From Spirochaetia bacterium (GTDB taxonomy: Bacteria; Spirochaetota; Spirochaetia; SP-2023), in contig CBDDCK010000005.1 in the NCBI GenBank assembly GCA_965225855.1, positions 896,001 to 960,000 of the forward strand: 64,000 nucleotides of DNA, written 5' to 3'. Shown one piece after another: positions 40,084 to 50,558 of this stretch. A model generated the notes under the pieces. The model had not been told where the DNA came from, ran no database searches, and saw nothing but the letters and a program-made list of their open reading frames with translations. The position numbers were made by a program, and so were the translations under genes. Every line of letters starts with the position of its first letter. Position 1 is the first letter of the stretch.

Positions 40084-42190
40084 GCCACATTACCTCGTCA
40101 TAATGGTCATGCATCTCTAATGCTTCGGCCAATATCTCGTTATCTGGCACGCCGTCTTTAAGGTCATTGCAGATGTAACCTTGCTTAGTTAAGGCAAAAC
40201 AAAAGGCGCTTTGTTGGTTGCGTTTGCTGGCAATTACCAGTTCTTCTAGTACAAAAGAGCTGTGACTGGCGATGAATATTTGCACGCCTTTCGCCGCTAG
40301 TGCAGCCAAGATTTGCACAAACTGGCGCACGAAAGCGGGGTGAAGGTTGGCTTCGGCCTCGTCTATCAACAACACACTTTCACGAGTGATGCTGTGGTTT
40401 TCTAGCAATAAGCGCAGCAATTGCAGCTTTTTTATCCCTTCCGCTCCCTGCTCTAAGGGTATTGTTTCACCGCTAGCCAGTTTGTAACTAAATTCATTGC
40501 GGGGGCTAGATTTGCGATTGCGCTCTACCGATTCGCTGCCTTTGTAGTGTTGTTCAAAGCATTCCAGCAGGTTCTGTTGGCGATTGCTGAGCTGCTTATC
40601 TGGGCTATTGCGGAGCAACTTCTGGCAAGTTTGGCTATCAATAGCACTATATTCATGGGGTAGGGTGATTATGGCACGGTACAAACTCAATAGGCATTTG
40701 TCTGGGATAAACACAGGTTCAAATAAGGTTGTGCCTCTATGCGATTGGTTTGTGGTGCTGTTCCATTGCCATTGTTGCTGATAGCTTTGCAAAAATGCTT
40801 GGATATTGGCCTGCTCTATCACCGATAGTGCAAAGTGTTGTTGTAAATTTTGTTTGGGGTTGTCGCTGGCAATGCAGTGCAATACCTTCAATAAAGTGGT
40901 TTTGCCTGCACCATTTTTACCCAAAAATAAATTGAGTTGGCCAAACTCCATCGCCAATTGGGGTAGGGCATATAAGCGATTTAGCTCCAGCTTCTGTATT
41001 TTTCTTGGTTGGAAATCTTGTTGCTTTACTAGCTTTTCTTGGTATTCTCGTGCTTGTTGATCTATAAAAGGAAATCCCGGCATCAATTGGTTTACCTTGC
41101 GGTTATCGGCTAAAGCCAGTTCGTACTTCCCTTGTTGTGCATATAGCATGCTGCGGTTCATGTAGGCTACTGCATTGGTTTTGTCTAATTCAATCGCTTG
41201 GTTGAAGTCTAACAGAGCCTGATCTTCTTGCCCTTGTTCTGCGTATAGTGCCCCACGATTGCCATAGGCATCTGCATAGTCTCGGTTTAATTCAATCGCT
41301 TTATGGTAATCTTCCAGAGCCTGCTCCCATTGCCCTCTTTCTGTATATAATAGGCCTCGGTTATAGTAAGCTGCAACATTGCCCAACTCAATCGCTTTGT
41401 TGTAGTCTAACAGAGCCTTATCTGTTTGCCCTTGTTCTGCGTATAATACCCCACGATTGCCATAGGCATCTGCATAATCTGGCTGTAACTCAATTGCTTG
41501 GTCGTAGTCTTTCAAAGCCTTATCCGTTTGCCCTTGCTTTTTATATAATACACCTCGGTTGTTGTAAGCTGTAACATTGCCCAACTCAATCGCTTGGTTG
41601 TAGTCTTCCAGTGCCTTATCTTCTTGCCCTTGTTTTTGGTATAGGTTTCCACGATTGCCATAGGCATCTGCATAGTCTCGGTTTAATTCAATCGCTTTAT
41701 GGTAATCTTTTAGAGCCTCATGCCATTGCCCATGTTTTCGATATAAGTTGCCTCGGTTGTTGTAAGATTCAACATTACCCAACTCAATCGCTTGGTTGTA
41801 GTCTAACAGAGCCTTATCTTCTTGCCTTTGTTCTGCGTATAGTACTCCACGATTGCCATAGGCTGCTGCATTGTCTGGCTGTAATTCAATCGCTTGGTCG
41901 TAATCTTTTAGTGCTTGATCCAGTAGTCCTTGTTCCCGATATAGATTGCCTCGGTTATAATAAGCTGTAGCATTGTTTGGTCTTATCGCAATGATTTCGT
42001 CATAATCTCCCAAGGATTTTTCCCATAAACCTAGGTTTTTGTATAAGTTTCCTCGGTTGCTGTAGGCTTCAATACATTTATTGTCTAGCTCAATAGCCTT
42101 GGTGTAGGCTTCAATGGCCGCCTCTATGTTCCCTGTTTTTTGGTAGTTTTCTCCCTGTTCAAAGTAGGCTTTTGCTTCTGGGTTTGGCAT
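40076..42190 (-). CDS. TPR repeat (about 11) plus ABC-type AAA ATPase
   Basis: Conserved AYxNRG TPRs, Walker A GKNGAGKTT, AEGIKK, LLIDEAEANLHP, ASHS. Confidence 0.87.
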   Translation of the reverse strand: MPNPEAKAYFEQGENYQKTGNIEAAIEAYTKAIELDNKCIEAYSNRGNLYKNLGLWEKSLGDYDEIIAIRPNNATAYYNRGNLYREQGLLDQALKDYDQAIELQPDNAAAYGNRGVLYAEQRQEDKALLDYNQAIELGNVESYNNRGNLYRKHGQWHEALKDYHKAIELNRDYADAYGNRGNLYQKQGQEDKALEDYNQAIELGNVTAYNNRGVLYKKQGQTDKALKDYDQAIELQPDYADAYGNRGVLYAEQGQTDKALLDYNKAIELGNVAAYYNRGLLYTERGQWEQALEDYHKAIELNRDYADAYGNRGALYAEQGQEDQALLDFNQAIELDKTNAVAYMNRSMLYAQQGKYELALADNRKVNQLMPGFPFIDQQAREYQEKLVKQQDFQPRKIQKLELNRLYALPQLAMEFGQLNLFLGKNGAGKTTLLKVLHCIASDNPKQNLQQHFALSVIEQANIQAFLQSYQQQWQWNSTTNQSHRGTTLFEPVFIPDKCLLSLYRAIITLPHEYSAIDSQTCQKLLRNSPDKQLSNRQQNLLECFEQHYKGSESVERNRKSSPRNEFSYKLASGETIPLEQGAEGIKKLQLLRLLLENHSITRESVLLIDEAEANLHPAFVRQFVQILAALAAKGVQIFIASHSSFVLEELVIASKRNQQSAFCFALTKQGYICNDLKDGVPDNEILAEALEMHDHYDEVMWHD

Positions 42191-42212
42191 GGTGTGTCTC
42201 CTGTCTTTACTA

Positions 42213-42368
42213 TAGATAAACCGTTTATCAACGGTTTACGGAATCATTCTAACCGATTGGGATTCTAAAGGGTCGAGACCCTTTAGCGGGGTTTGGGGCA
42301 GAGCCCCGAATATTATCATAAATAGTTTACTTGTCAATCATTGATATTTCCATCATTTATTTATGGTT
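42213..42368 (-). repeat. Single copy of the 132-bp palindromic repeat upstream of the TPR-ATPase
   Basis: Same core and flanks as the 32.8-34.3 kb array. Confidence 0.9.
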
Positions 42369-42413
42369 TTTAGTTTTTCAATAGTGTATAGTATCTAGTA
42401 GAATAGCTAATAG

Positions 42414-45272
42414 TTATTCGGTTTTAACCTTATTGTCGCTGGGTTTGTCGGTTGTTTGGGCCTGGTGTTTGTGTTTATAATGCTCTGCCAATTCTGCATG
42501 CACCCAGTCTTTTACCTTTAATCTTAGCTTGGTTCTGTGTTCATATTGCGGCAATTCATACAAGCTCAAATGCAATTTCTGCACAAATTCCGTTTGCTCT
42601 GTCTGCTTGTAATGGTCCACCATTACGGGAATATGCTGGGCTATCAATGCTTTGTGCTGGTAGAATTGCCGTTTTCTTTTAGCCGTAAGGTAGCGGCTTG
42701 TATGTAAAACCATCCAGTAGATAAACAAGGTATAAAACGGGGTGAGGGCCAACAATATATAAAGGCCTTGCCATATAACTATGACTAATATCCCAATAGT
42801 TACCGCAGTAATAGTCAAAATCCCCTTATGTTCAAGTTTAAAGAAATTGAATACCGCTTCAATCTTTGCCAGTGCTTCCTTCTCTTCTCTTTGAAACTCT
42901 TCCTTTTTATCGCTAAAACCTTGATGTAGTTCTTCTTTAAGAACCTTTGCTAGTTGCTGTTTCTGTTGCTCTATCTTGCCTAAACTATTTATATTATCCA
43001 CAGCTTTAAGGTATAAGTCTTTGGCTTGTTCAATATTTTTCTCTAGCTTTTCTTTGGCAAAGTCTTGGGCTTTTTGCCAAATTTTTCTGGCAGAATCTCT
43101 CCGGTTATCGGCTAATTCTTGCTCTGCCCATTGGCTATATAAGATGCTAAGATTAGTCCAAGCTAGAACATCATCTGGCTGTAATTCAATCGCTTGGTCG
43201 TAGTCTTTCAGAGCTTTATCCAGTTGCCCTTGCTTTTCATATAATCGGCCTCGGTTATAGTAGGCTGTAACATTGCCCAACTCAATCGCTTTGTTGTAGT
43301 CTTCGAGTGCTTTATCTGGTTGCCCTTGTTCTTCGTATAGGTTTCCACGATTGCCATAGGCTTCTGCAAAGTCTGGGTTTAATTCAATCGCTTGGTCGTA
43401 GTCTTTCAGAGCTTTATCCAGTTGCCCTTGCTTTTCATATAATCGGCCTCGGTTATAGTAGGCTGTAACATTGCCCAACTCAATCGCTTTGTTGTAGTCT
43501 TCGAGTGCTTTATCTGGTTGCCCTTGTTCTTCGTATAGGTTTCCACGATTGCCATAGGCATCTGCATCATCTGGCTGTAACTCAATCGCTTTGTTGTAAT
43601 CTTTTAGTGCCTTATCCAGTTGCCCTTGCTTTTTATATAGATTGCCTCGGTTGTTGTAAGCTGTAACACTGCCCAGCTCAATCGCTTGGTTGTAGTCTAA
43701 CAGAGCCTTATCTTCTTGCCCTTGTTCTGCGTATAGTACTCCACGATTGCCATAGGCATCTGCATCATCTGGCTGTAATTCAATGGCTTGGTCGTAATCT
43801 TTTAGAGCCTCATGCCATTGTTTTTGCTTTTGATATAGATTGCCTCGGTTGTTGTAAACGTCAACATCGCCCAACTCAATCGCTTGGTTGTAGTCTTCCA
43901 GTGCCTTATCTGGTTGCCCTTGTTCTGCGTATAATACCCCACGATTGCCATAGGCTGCTGCAAAGTCTGGCTGTAATTCAATGGCTTTATCGTAGTCTTT
44001 TAGTGCTTGATCCAGTAGCCCTTGTTCTGCATATAATAGGCCTCGGTTATAGTAGGCTGTAACATTGCCCAGCTCAATCGCTTGGTTGTAGTCTAACAGA
44101 GCCTTATCTTGTTGCCCTTGTTCTGCGTATAATACCCCACGATTGCCATAGGCATCTGCAAAGTCTGGCTGTAATTCAATCGCTTGGTCGTAATCTTTTA
44201 GAGCCTCATGCCATTGTTTTTGTTTTTGATATAATCGGCCTCGGTTATAGTAGGCTGCAACACCGCCCAACTCAATCGCTTGGTTGTAGTCTAAAAGTCC
44301 CTTATCTTCTTGCCCTTGTTCTGCGTATAATACCCCACGACTCACATAGGCATCTACAAAGTCTGGCTTTAATTCAATTGCTTTGTTGTAATCTTCCAGG
44401 ACTTTATCCGTTTGCCCTTGCTTTTGATATAGATTGCCTCGGTTATAGTAGGCTTCAATATAGCCCAACTCAATTGCTTGGTTGTGGTCTAATAGAGCCT
44501 GATCCCATTGCCCTTTTTTTACGTATAGCACTCCACGATTCGTATAGGCTTCTGCAAAGTCTCGGTTTAACTCAATCGCTTTGTTGTAATCTTCCAGGGC
44601 TTTATCCGTTTGCCCTTGCTTTTGATATAGATTGCCTCGGTTATAGTAAGCTTCAACATTGCCCAACTCAATCGCTTGGTTGTAGTCTAACAGAGCCTGA
44701 TCTTCTTGCCCTTGTTCTGCGTATAGGTTTCCACGATTCGCATAGGCTTCTGTAAAGTTTGGCCTTAATTCAATCGCTTTATGGTAATCTTCCAGAGCTT
44801 TATCTGGTTGCCCTTGCTTTTCATATAATACACCTCGGTTGTTGTAAGCTGCAACATTGCCCAACTCAATCGCTTGGTTGAAGTCTAAAAGTGCCTTATC
44901 TGTTTGCCCTTGTTCTGCGTATAATACCCCACGATTGCCATAGGCATCTGCATAGTCTGGCTGTAATTCAATCGCTTGGTCGTAATCTTTTAGTGCTTGA
45001 TCCGATAGCCCTTGTTTTTGATATAGATTGCCTCGGTTGTAATAAGTTATAGCATTGGTTGGCTCTATCGCAATGGCTTTGTTGTAATCAACCATGGCTT
45101 CGGCCCATTTTCCTATTTCTCTATATAAGATTGCTCGGTTGTTATAGGCTTTAATACATTTATTGTCTAGCTCAATAGCTAGGGCATAGGCCTCAATGGC
45201 CGCCTTTATATTTCTTACTTCTTGGTGGTTTTCCCCCTGTTCAAAGTAGGCTTTTGCTTCTGGGTTTATCAT
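42414..45272 (-). CDS. TPR protein (about 21 repeats) with coiled-coil and C-terminal membrane helices
   Basis: Alternating 34/32-aa TPRs, then a charged helix and hydrophobic ILTITAVTIGILVIVIW and LYILLALTPFYTLFIYW segments. Confidence 0.87.
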   Translation of the reverse strand: MINPEAKAYFEQGENHQEVRNIKAAIEAYALAIELDNKCIKAYNNRAILYREIGKWAEAMVDYNKAIAIEPTNAITYYNRGNLYQKQGLSDQALKDYDQAIELQPDYADAYGNRGVLYAEQGQTDKALLDFNQAIELGNVAAYNNRGVLYEKQGQPDKALEDYHKAIELRPNFTEAYANRGNLYAEQGQEDQALLDYNQAIELGNVEAYYNRGNLYQKQGQTDKALEDYNKAIELNRDFAEAYTNRGVLYVKKGQWDQALLDHNQAIELGYIEAYYNRGNLYQKQGQTDKVLEDYNKAIELKPDFVDAYVSRGVLYAEQGQEDKGLLDYNQAIELGGVAAYYNRGRLYQKQKQWHEALKDYDQAIELQPDFADAYGNRGVLYAEQGQQDKALLDYNQAIELGNVTAYYNRGLLYAEQGLLDQALKDYDKAIELQPDFAAAYGNRGVLYAEQGQPDKALEDYNQAIELGDVDVYNNRGNLYQKQKQWHEALKDYDQAIELQPDDADAYGNRGVLYAEQGQEDKALLDYNQAIELGSVTAYNNRGNLYKKQGQLDKALKDYNKAIELQPDDADAYGNRGNLYEEQGQPDKALEDYNKAIELGNVTAYYNRGRLYEKQGQLDKALKDYDQAIELNPDFAEAYGNRGNLYEEQGQPDKALEDYNKAIELGNVTAYYNRGRLYEKQGQLDKALKDYDQAIELQPDDVLAWTNLSILYSQWAEQELADNRRDSARKIWQKAQDFAKEKLEKNIEQAKDLYLKAVDNINSLGKIEQQKQQLAKVLKEELHQGFSDKKEEFQREEKEALAKIEAVFNFFKLEHKGILTITAVTIGILVIVIWQGLYILLALTPFYTLFIYWMVLHTSRYLTAKRKRQFYQHKALIAQHIPVMVDHYKQTEQTEFVQKLHLSLYELPQYEHRTKLRLKVKDWVHAELAEHYKHKHQAQTTDKPSDNKVKTE

Positions 45273-45292
45273 GATGTGTCTCCTGTTGTTAT

Positions 45293-45715
45293 GATAGATA
45301 AACCGTTTATCAACGGTTTACGGACTAATTTTAACCGATTGGGATTCTAAAGGGTATAGACCCTTTAGCGGGGTTTGGGGCAGAGCCCCAGATATTATAA
45401 TAAAGAGTTGTTTTGTCAATCATTGATAGATAAACCGTTTATCAACGGTTTACGGACTAACTCTAACCGATTGGGATTCTAAAGGGTCGAGACCCTTTAG
45501 CGGGGTTTGGGGCAGAGCCCCAGATATTATAATAAAGAGTTGTTTTGTCAATCATTGATAGATAAACCGTTTATCAACGGTTTACGGACTAACTCTAACC
45601 GATTGGGATTCTAAAGGGTCGAGACCCTTTAGCGGGGTTTGGGGCAGAGCCCCAGATATTATAATAAATAGTTAGCTTGTCCATCATTGATAGTTTTATC
45701 ATTTATTTATGGTTT
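45293..45715 (-). repeat. Tandem array of 3 palindromic repeat units (132-bp period)
   Basis: Cores at 45343, 45475 and 45607. Confidence 0.93.
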
Positions 45716-45808
45716 TTAGTTTTTCAATAGTGCATAGTTTCTTTTATTGTTTAGGAATTTAACCCTTATTATCCATTATTCCCACCCAACCTATCTGCTA
45801 TATCAATT

Positions 45809-45870
45809 GGGGCTCTGCCCCAAACCCCGCACAAGGGTATATACCCTTGAGGATCCCAATAGTGCATAGT
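45809..45870 (+). repeat. Single inverted copy of the palindromic repeat core
   Basis: GGGGCTCTGCCCCAAACCCCGCACAAGGGTATATACCCTTGAGGATCCCAAT, next to the RM gene stop. Confidence 0.88.
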
Positions 45871-45872
45871 TA

Positions 45873-48800
45873 TTATTTTTCTTGATGATTCTTTGCTTCC
45901 TTTTCCAGCATTTCCAGTAGCTCTACCGTCTGTAGGCTGACCGTGATTACACGACAAACCAAGTCGATAATGGCTTCTTTGTGCTCGGCAAAGCTAAAGG
46001 CAGGGACTAACTCTGCAATGGTCGGGTCTTTAATCTTTAGGGCTTGACGGTAGCGTTCCAGTGGCCAATCTATCGCACTTCGGTTGCCTAGGCGGTAACT
46101 CCAAGCGATAGTCGGAATGTTTGTTAGCGTGGTTTGGTTGTCGATTCGTATCGTTCCATTGGCAGAATCGCTTTTTAGTTTGGGCAACAATACCAATTCT
46201 GGTTCTGCTTGCTGTGGTTCTTCGCTTGGGCTATCACTGAATAAAGGCCCGTCAATCGCTTTTTTCTTTTGGGGCTTTTTACTATTTGCTTCTTCTCTTT
46301 GGCAAGTAAACGGTTCTACTGTGGCAAAGTTTATATGCAATTCTGCCAATTGTTGGCCGATACTCTGGTAATGAGCAAAGTCTTCTTTAGTAGACCCCAA
46401 CAACGGCATTCGTGGAAAGCTGCGCTTCAAATCTACGGCATACTTCTCGCGATAGCTCGATAAATGCAACACAGCATAGCAATAGTGCCAGATACTTTCG
46501 GCCATAATGGCCTCGTCTTTGTAGTGTTCTCTAAACTTCTTTAAACCATACTCGGTAACATTGCTGCGCTTTTCGCCTTCTTTTGTCCAGTAATATAGTG
46601 GTATACATTGGCTGTCTCCAGTTGCATGTAAATCGACAATCGTATCGCTTGCCAGTGTTTGAAAGTCTTTAGCTGTACCGGGTGCAGCTAAACAAAGGTA
46701 GATATTTGGTTGTTCTTTGCGCCATATCTGCGGCCATTGATAGGTCATCGAATTAAAATTCTTGTCGTAGTACAGGTGCATTGTAGTAAAGGGGCGGTAC
46801 AAACACAACACAATCTGTTCTTGGTTATAGCTTTTGGTTATGCCTCTTTTCAGGTATTTGTTTAGCTCTCTATCCCATTTAATGCTTTGTTTATCGCTGG
46901 TTTTGCCCTCTAAAGTCTGTTGATATACCTTGCTAAAGTACTGCATCTTGGTTTGTAAATCGTCTATATCAAAATCATAAACCCATTCATCTCGCTGGCT
47001 CTTTAACCCATTAGAAAAGGTTTTGAATAAAGGAGTTTCTCCTTTTGCCGTTGCTTTGCCTTCTTTGACTTGCTTATTAATAATAGGAATCAAGCTATGC
47101 CAATCGTTATCGGTTTGCTGTAGCCAATGGTTTTGTTTACTGGGCACAATCTGCCTAAAGTCTATTTTATCTATGGGATTGCCTTGCAACCAAGCTAACT
47201 TTTGCCCTTTCGTCCATTCATCTTCTACGCTTGTGTAGTGTAAAGTAGTGCTTTGTAGCTCTGAATCTCGCACGAAAAACAGAATACTTACGCCTACCAT
47301 AATATCAAATACATTGCCTACTGCCGTTCCCTTTCCACCAGAGGTGCGCACATTACCGCCCAGATCGACAATATAAATCCGTTGAAAGTCCTGCATAACA
47401 CAGCTACGCAAACCGTCCAAAGCCATTGCATCAATAAAACTTCTGTTGCATACAAAGGCCACAATTCCGTTATTTTTAAGGCGATCACTGGCATAACGCA
47501 CAAAGCGAATGTACATATCATAAAGCTGGTTTTTGTTTTGTGCGCTTCCTTGCTTGGCGTAAGTTTGTTTAATTCTTTGGTCAATAAAAGGGTACTTTCG
47601 GTTAGAGTTTTGGTCATTGTAGCTTATTTGTTTGGCATTATACGGCGGGTTACCGATGATCAAACTAATATTCTTGTTGTTTTGTTCGGCGATTCTCTCG
47701 GCATTTGTGCTAGAAAGTCCAAACAACTCTAAGCGATTGTTGGGGGCATTCGTGCCTAGGGCTTCGGTATTGTCTAGGGTATCGGCAAAGCATAAACCGC
47801 TAAATTCTTTATATTCTTTCATCTTTTGTTGGTATGTGTATTCTATATTCAAGGCGGCAATGTAGTAAGGAAGTATCGCCACTTCATTGGCATGTAGCTC
47901 GTGTTCATACTTATATTGTAGGCTTTCCTTTGGCAGTTTCTCTATCAGTTCGCAAATGAATGTGCCCGTACCTGTGGCAGGGTCTAGGATTTCCACGCCT
48001 GGACTGCCCAAGGTTTTGCCAAAGTGTTCGGCCAACAAATGGTTAGAACTGTCTATCATAAAGTCGACAATCTCGGTGGGAGTGTACACAACTCCCAGCC
48101 GATCTGCCATCTTCGGGTTATACGCCTTGTAGAAACTCTCATAAACTGCCTTCAAGAATTTCTGCTTCTCATGGTGATCTTCAATCTGTTTAGCGTGCGC
48201 ACTCAAGGTAGAATAGTAGTGTTCTATGTTGCTAAGTAGGCGCATGCGTTCGGCTCTACTTAGGAAAGTCGCCACCAATGTTTCCAATTGTTGGCCTATG
48301 TTGTTACTGCGGTGGAATCTTGTATCGCTGAAAATACTACTGAATAGCTCTTCTGTAAGTACGTGTTGTACCAACATCTCATCTATATCATGCGTGGTAA
48401 TTTCTTTGTTTATCGTCTGTTTACAAGTTTCATAAAAGCGATTGTGTTCCTCTCTAAAGCCGATATTTTCCTTGTGTTGTTGCTGTACTAGCTCCACAAA
48501 GTGCGCAGCTATCTGGGGAATATCGGCGGTAAACTGTTCTAAAGCCGCTTGAAATTCCTTTACCTCTGGTGGAGTGTAGGCGGTAAACTGCAGCAATAAC
48601 TGGTGCAGTTTGTGCTTATCGCTAAACGAAACTCGGCCATATTCTTGGCTATTCTGGTACAGAATCGCCTGCATACTGTCTTCAAATAGAATGTTGTTTC
48701 TGGGGTATCCTTTGGCAAACTTTACTTGAATCTCTTTGTCTATGTCGTCTTTCGAGTCCTTACTTTCCCAAAAGCCAAAGTCTAAACGCAAGGCATTCTT

Positions 48801-48998
48801 TAGCGTTCCGTCCGGCCTTGGGCTCTTGTTTCGTGCTTTGTGGGGCAGTTCCCGCACTAAAAACAGGTTTTGTTTGTCCGCATAATGGTTGATCAAACGC
48901 TCAAAGCAACTCTTGATCTGCTCTTCATTGCGGCTGCCTCCGTACTGTATCACCTTGTCGCGTTCACTTAAATAGGTTTCAATCTGCGCTATACTCAT
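45873..48998 (-). CDS. Single-polypeptide restriction-modification enzyme (type IIG/ISP-like, no helicase)
   Basis: N-terminal RPDG...WESK nuclease motif, ILDPATGTGTF, IIGNPPY, C-terminal type ISP-like region (RDEWVY, YRPF, PRMP). Confidence 0.85.
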   Translation of the reverse strand: MSIAQIETYLSERDKVIQYGGSRNEEQIKSCFERLINHYADKQNLFLVRELPHKARNKSPRPDGTLKNALRLDFGFWESKDSKDDIDKEIQVKFAKGYPRNNILFEDSMQAILYQNSQEYGRVSFSDKHKLHQLLLQFTAYTPPEVKEFQAALEQFTADIPQIAAHFVELVQQQHKENIGFREEHNRFYETCKQTINKEITTHDIDEMLVQHVLTEELFSSIFSDTRFHRSNNIGQQLETLVATFLSRAERMRLLSNIEHYYSTLSAHAKQIEDHHEKQKFLKAVYESFYKAYNPKMADRLGVVYTPTEIVDFMIDSSNHLLAEHFGKTLGSPGVEILDPATGTGTFICELIEKLPKESLQYKYEHELHANEVAILPYYIAALNIEYTYQQKMKEYKEFSGLCFADTLDNTEALGTNAPNNRLELFGLSSTNAERIAEQNNKNISLIIGNPPYNAKQISYNDQNSNRKYPFIDQRIKQTYAKQGSAQNKNQLYDMYIRFVRYASDRLKNNGIVAFVCNRSFIDAMALDGLRSCVMQDFQRIYIVDLGGNVRTSGGKGTAVGNVFDIMVGVSILFFVRDSELQSTTLHYTSVEDEWTKGQKLAWLQGNPIDKIDFRQIVPSKQNHWLQQTDNDWHSLIPIINKQVKEGKATAKGETPLFKTFSNGLKSQRDEWVYDFDIDDLQTKMQYFSKVYQQTLEGKTSDKQSIKWDRELNKYLKRGITKSYNQEQIVLCLYRPFTTMHLYYDKNFNSMTYQWPQIWRKEQPNIYLCLAAPGTAKDFQTLASDTIVDLHATGDSQCIPLYYWTKEGEKRSNVTEYGLKKFREHYKDEAIMAESIWHYCYAVLHLSSYREKYAVDLKRSFPRMPLLGSTKEDFAHYQSIGQQLAELHINFATVEPFTCQREEANSKKPQKKKAIDGPLFSDSPSEEPQQAEPELVLLPKLKSDSANGTIRIDNQTTLTNIPTIAWSYRLGNRSAIDWPLERYRQALKIKDPTIAELVPAFSFAEHKEAIIDLVCRVITVSLQTVELLEMLEKEAKNHQEK

Positions 48999-49195
48999 GG
49001 CTTATCCTATCGATAATCGGTGTTACATTGTGTTGGTCTAACTATGATAATCGGCCAATCCATAAAGATAAATAGCAAGCCTTACTATGGAAAAACAACC
49101 AAAGCAAGAACAAAATTCTACTACCCAGCCACCAGTACCCAGGCCAAACAACACTTATTGCTTGTGGTAAAAATAGACATCATACTAAACTACTA

Positions 49196-50413
49196 TCACG
49201 TTGTTCGGCGATAATATGTTTTTAAGCGCAAAGCATGTAAGTTGATAAAGCCTTTTGCGTCTGTATGATCATAACCGCCCTCTTCATCCATTGAGGCAAT
49301 CTTTTGATCGTAAAGAGCATAGCTGCTACTACGGGCAATGGGGTAAGCATTGCCCTTATACAGTTTGAGCTGTACCATACCGCTAACATATTCTTGGCTC
49401 TGGCGAATGGCTGCCATGATAAATTCCATTTCAGGGGAAAACCAAAAACCGTTGTAAATTGCTGCGGCAAAACGCGCTACCATGCTATCACGCAATTGCA
49501 TTACTTCTCTATCTAAAGTCAAGCCTTCCAAATCTTTGTGGGCTTCCAGCAAAATTTGGAAACTAGGCGCTTCATAAACCCCACGGGATTTCATACCCAC
49601 AAAACGATTTTCTACCATATCGAGGCGACCAATGCCGTTAAGCCCACCAACGGTATTTAAATAATTGATAATCGCAACTGCTTCAGTGATTTCTGTATGG
49701 TCTTTGCAGTTATACACTTTAACCGGAATGCCCTTATCAAAAGTGATTTCAATAATAGTCGCCTCGTTGGGCGCCTCTTCTGCGCTACGGGTAATACTGT
49801 AGACATCTTCTGGGCAAGGCATAGCCGGGTCTTCAAGGATACCAGCTTCATGGCTAATATGCAGCAAATTTGCATCCTCACTGTATGGCCGCTTTTTACT
49901 AGCACCAACTGGTATACCGTGCCTTTGTGCAAAGGCCAACATATCGCTGCGGCCGGCAAAATTATTTAGAAATTCTGGGTCTTTCCAAGGTGCAATTATT
50001 TGTATTTCTGGGGCCAACGCACAGTAAGAAAGTTCAAAACGCACTTGATCATTGCCCTTGCCCGTGGCCCCATGCGCTACATAAGCCGCCCCTTCGCGCT
50101 GGGCAACTTCAATTTGGCGTTTGGCAATCACAGGCCGAGCCAAAGAAGTCCCCAGTAAATAACGCTGTTCGTAGACGGCATTACCTTGTAAAGCGGGGTA
50201 AATATAATCGGTAACAAATTCATGTTTTAAGTCTTCCACATAAGCTTTACTAGCACCAGTTTCCAAAGCTTTTTTCTGAACCGCTTCAAAATCTTCTTCC
50301 TGTCCTACATCTGCAATGTAGGCGATGACTTCAAAGCCTTTAATCTTTAACCATTTGAGGATAATAGAGGTATCAAGCCCCCCTGAATAAGCCAGTACAA
50401 CTTTATTGCTCAT
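49196..50413 (-). CDS. argG: Argininosuccinate synthase
   Basis: [48 protein letters not shown]. Confidence 0.98.
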   Translation of the reverse strand: MSNKVVLAYSGGLDTSIILKWLKIKGFEVIAYIADVGQEEDFEAVQKKALETGASKAYVEDLKHEFVTDYIYPALQGNAVYEQRYLLGTSLARPVIAKRQIEVAQREGAAYVAHGATGKGNDQVRFELSYCALAPEIQIIAPWKDPEFLNNFAGRSDMLAFAQRHGIPVGASKKRPYSEDANLLHISHEAGILEDPAMPCPEDVYSITRSAEEAPNEATIIEITFDKGIPVKVYNCKDHTEITEAVAIINYLNTVGGLNGIGRLDMVENRFVGMKSRGVYEAPSFQILLEAHKDLEGLTLDREVMQLRDSMVARFAAAIYNGFWFSPEMEFIMAAIRQSQEYVSGMVQLKLYKGNAYPIARSSSYALYDQKIASMDEEGGYDHTDAKGFINLHALRLKTYYRRTT

Positions 50414-50558
50414 ATAAAAAACCTTACCTAAAATACTATTACTAAGCTCTAATCAAAAAATATACAAAACCAGACTGTATAGCTATATAATAGTCATATA
50501 AAAACAAAAAAGCTAAATTTAAGAAAACCTAAACTTAGCTTTTAAACAAAATGCCACA

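Noticed and set aside
40087..40105. Lethal self-targeting by spacer 20
   Set aside because: The match covers only the PAM-distal 19 nt; the seed region mismatches.
32795..45272. Periods 132 and 198 being multiples of the 66-bp CRISPR period
   Set aside because: No sequence similarity to the CRISPR repeat; 198 bp is simply 34+32 codons. Treated as coincidence.
32795..45870. Calling the island an integron
   Set aside because: No integrase in the window, and I could not identify canonical attC R/L boxes; only the layout is analogous.
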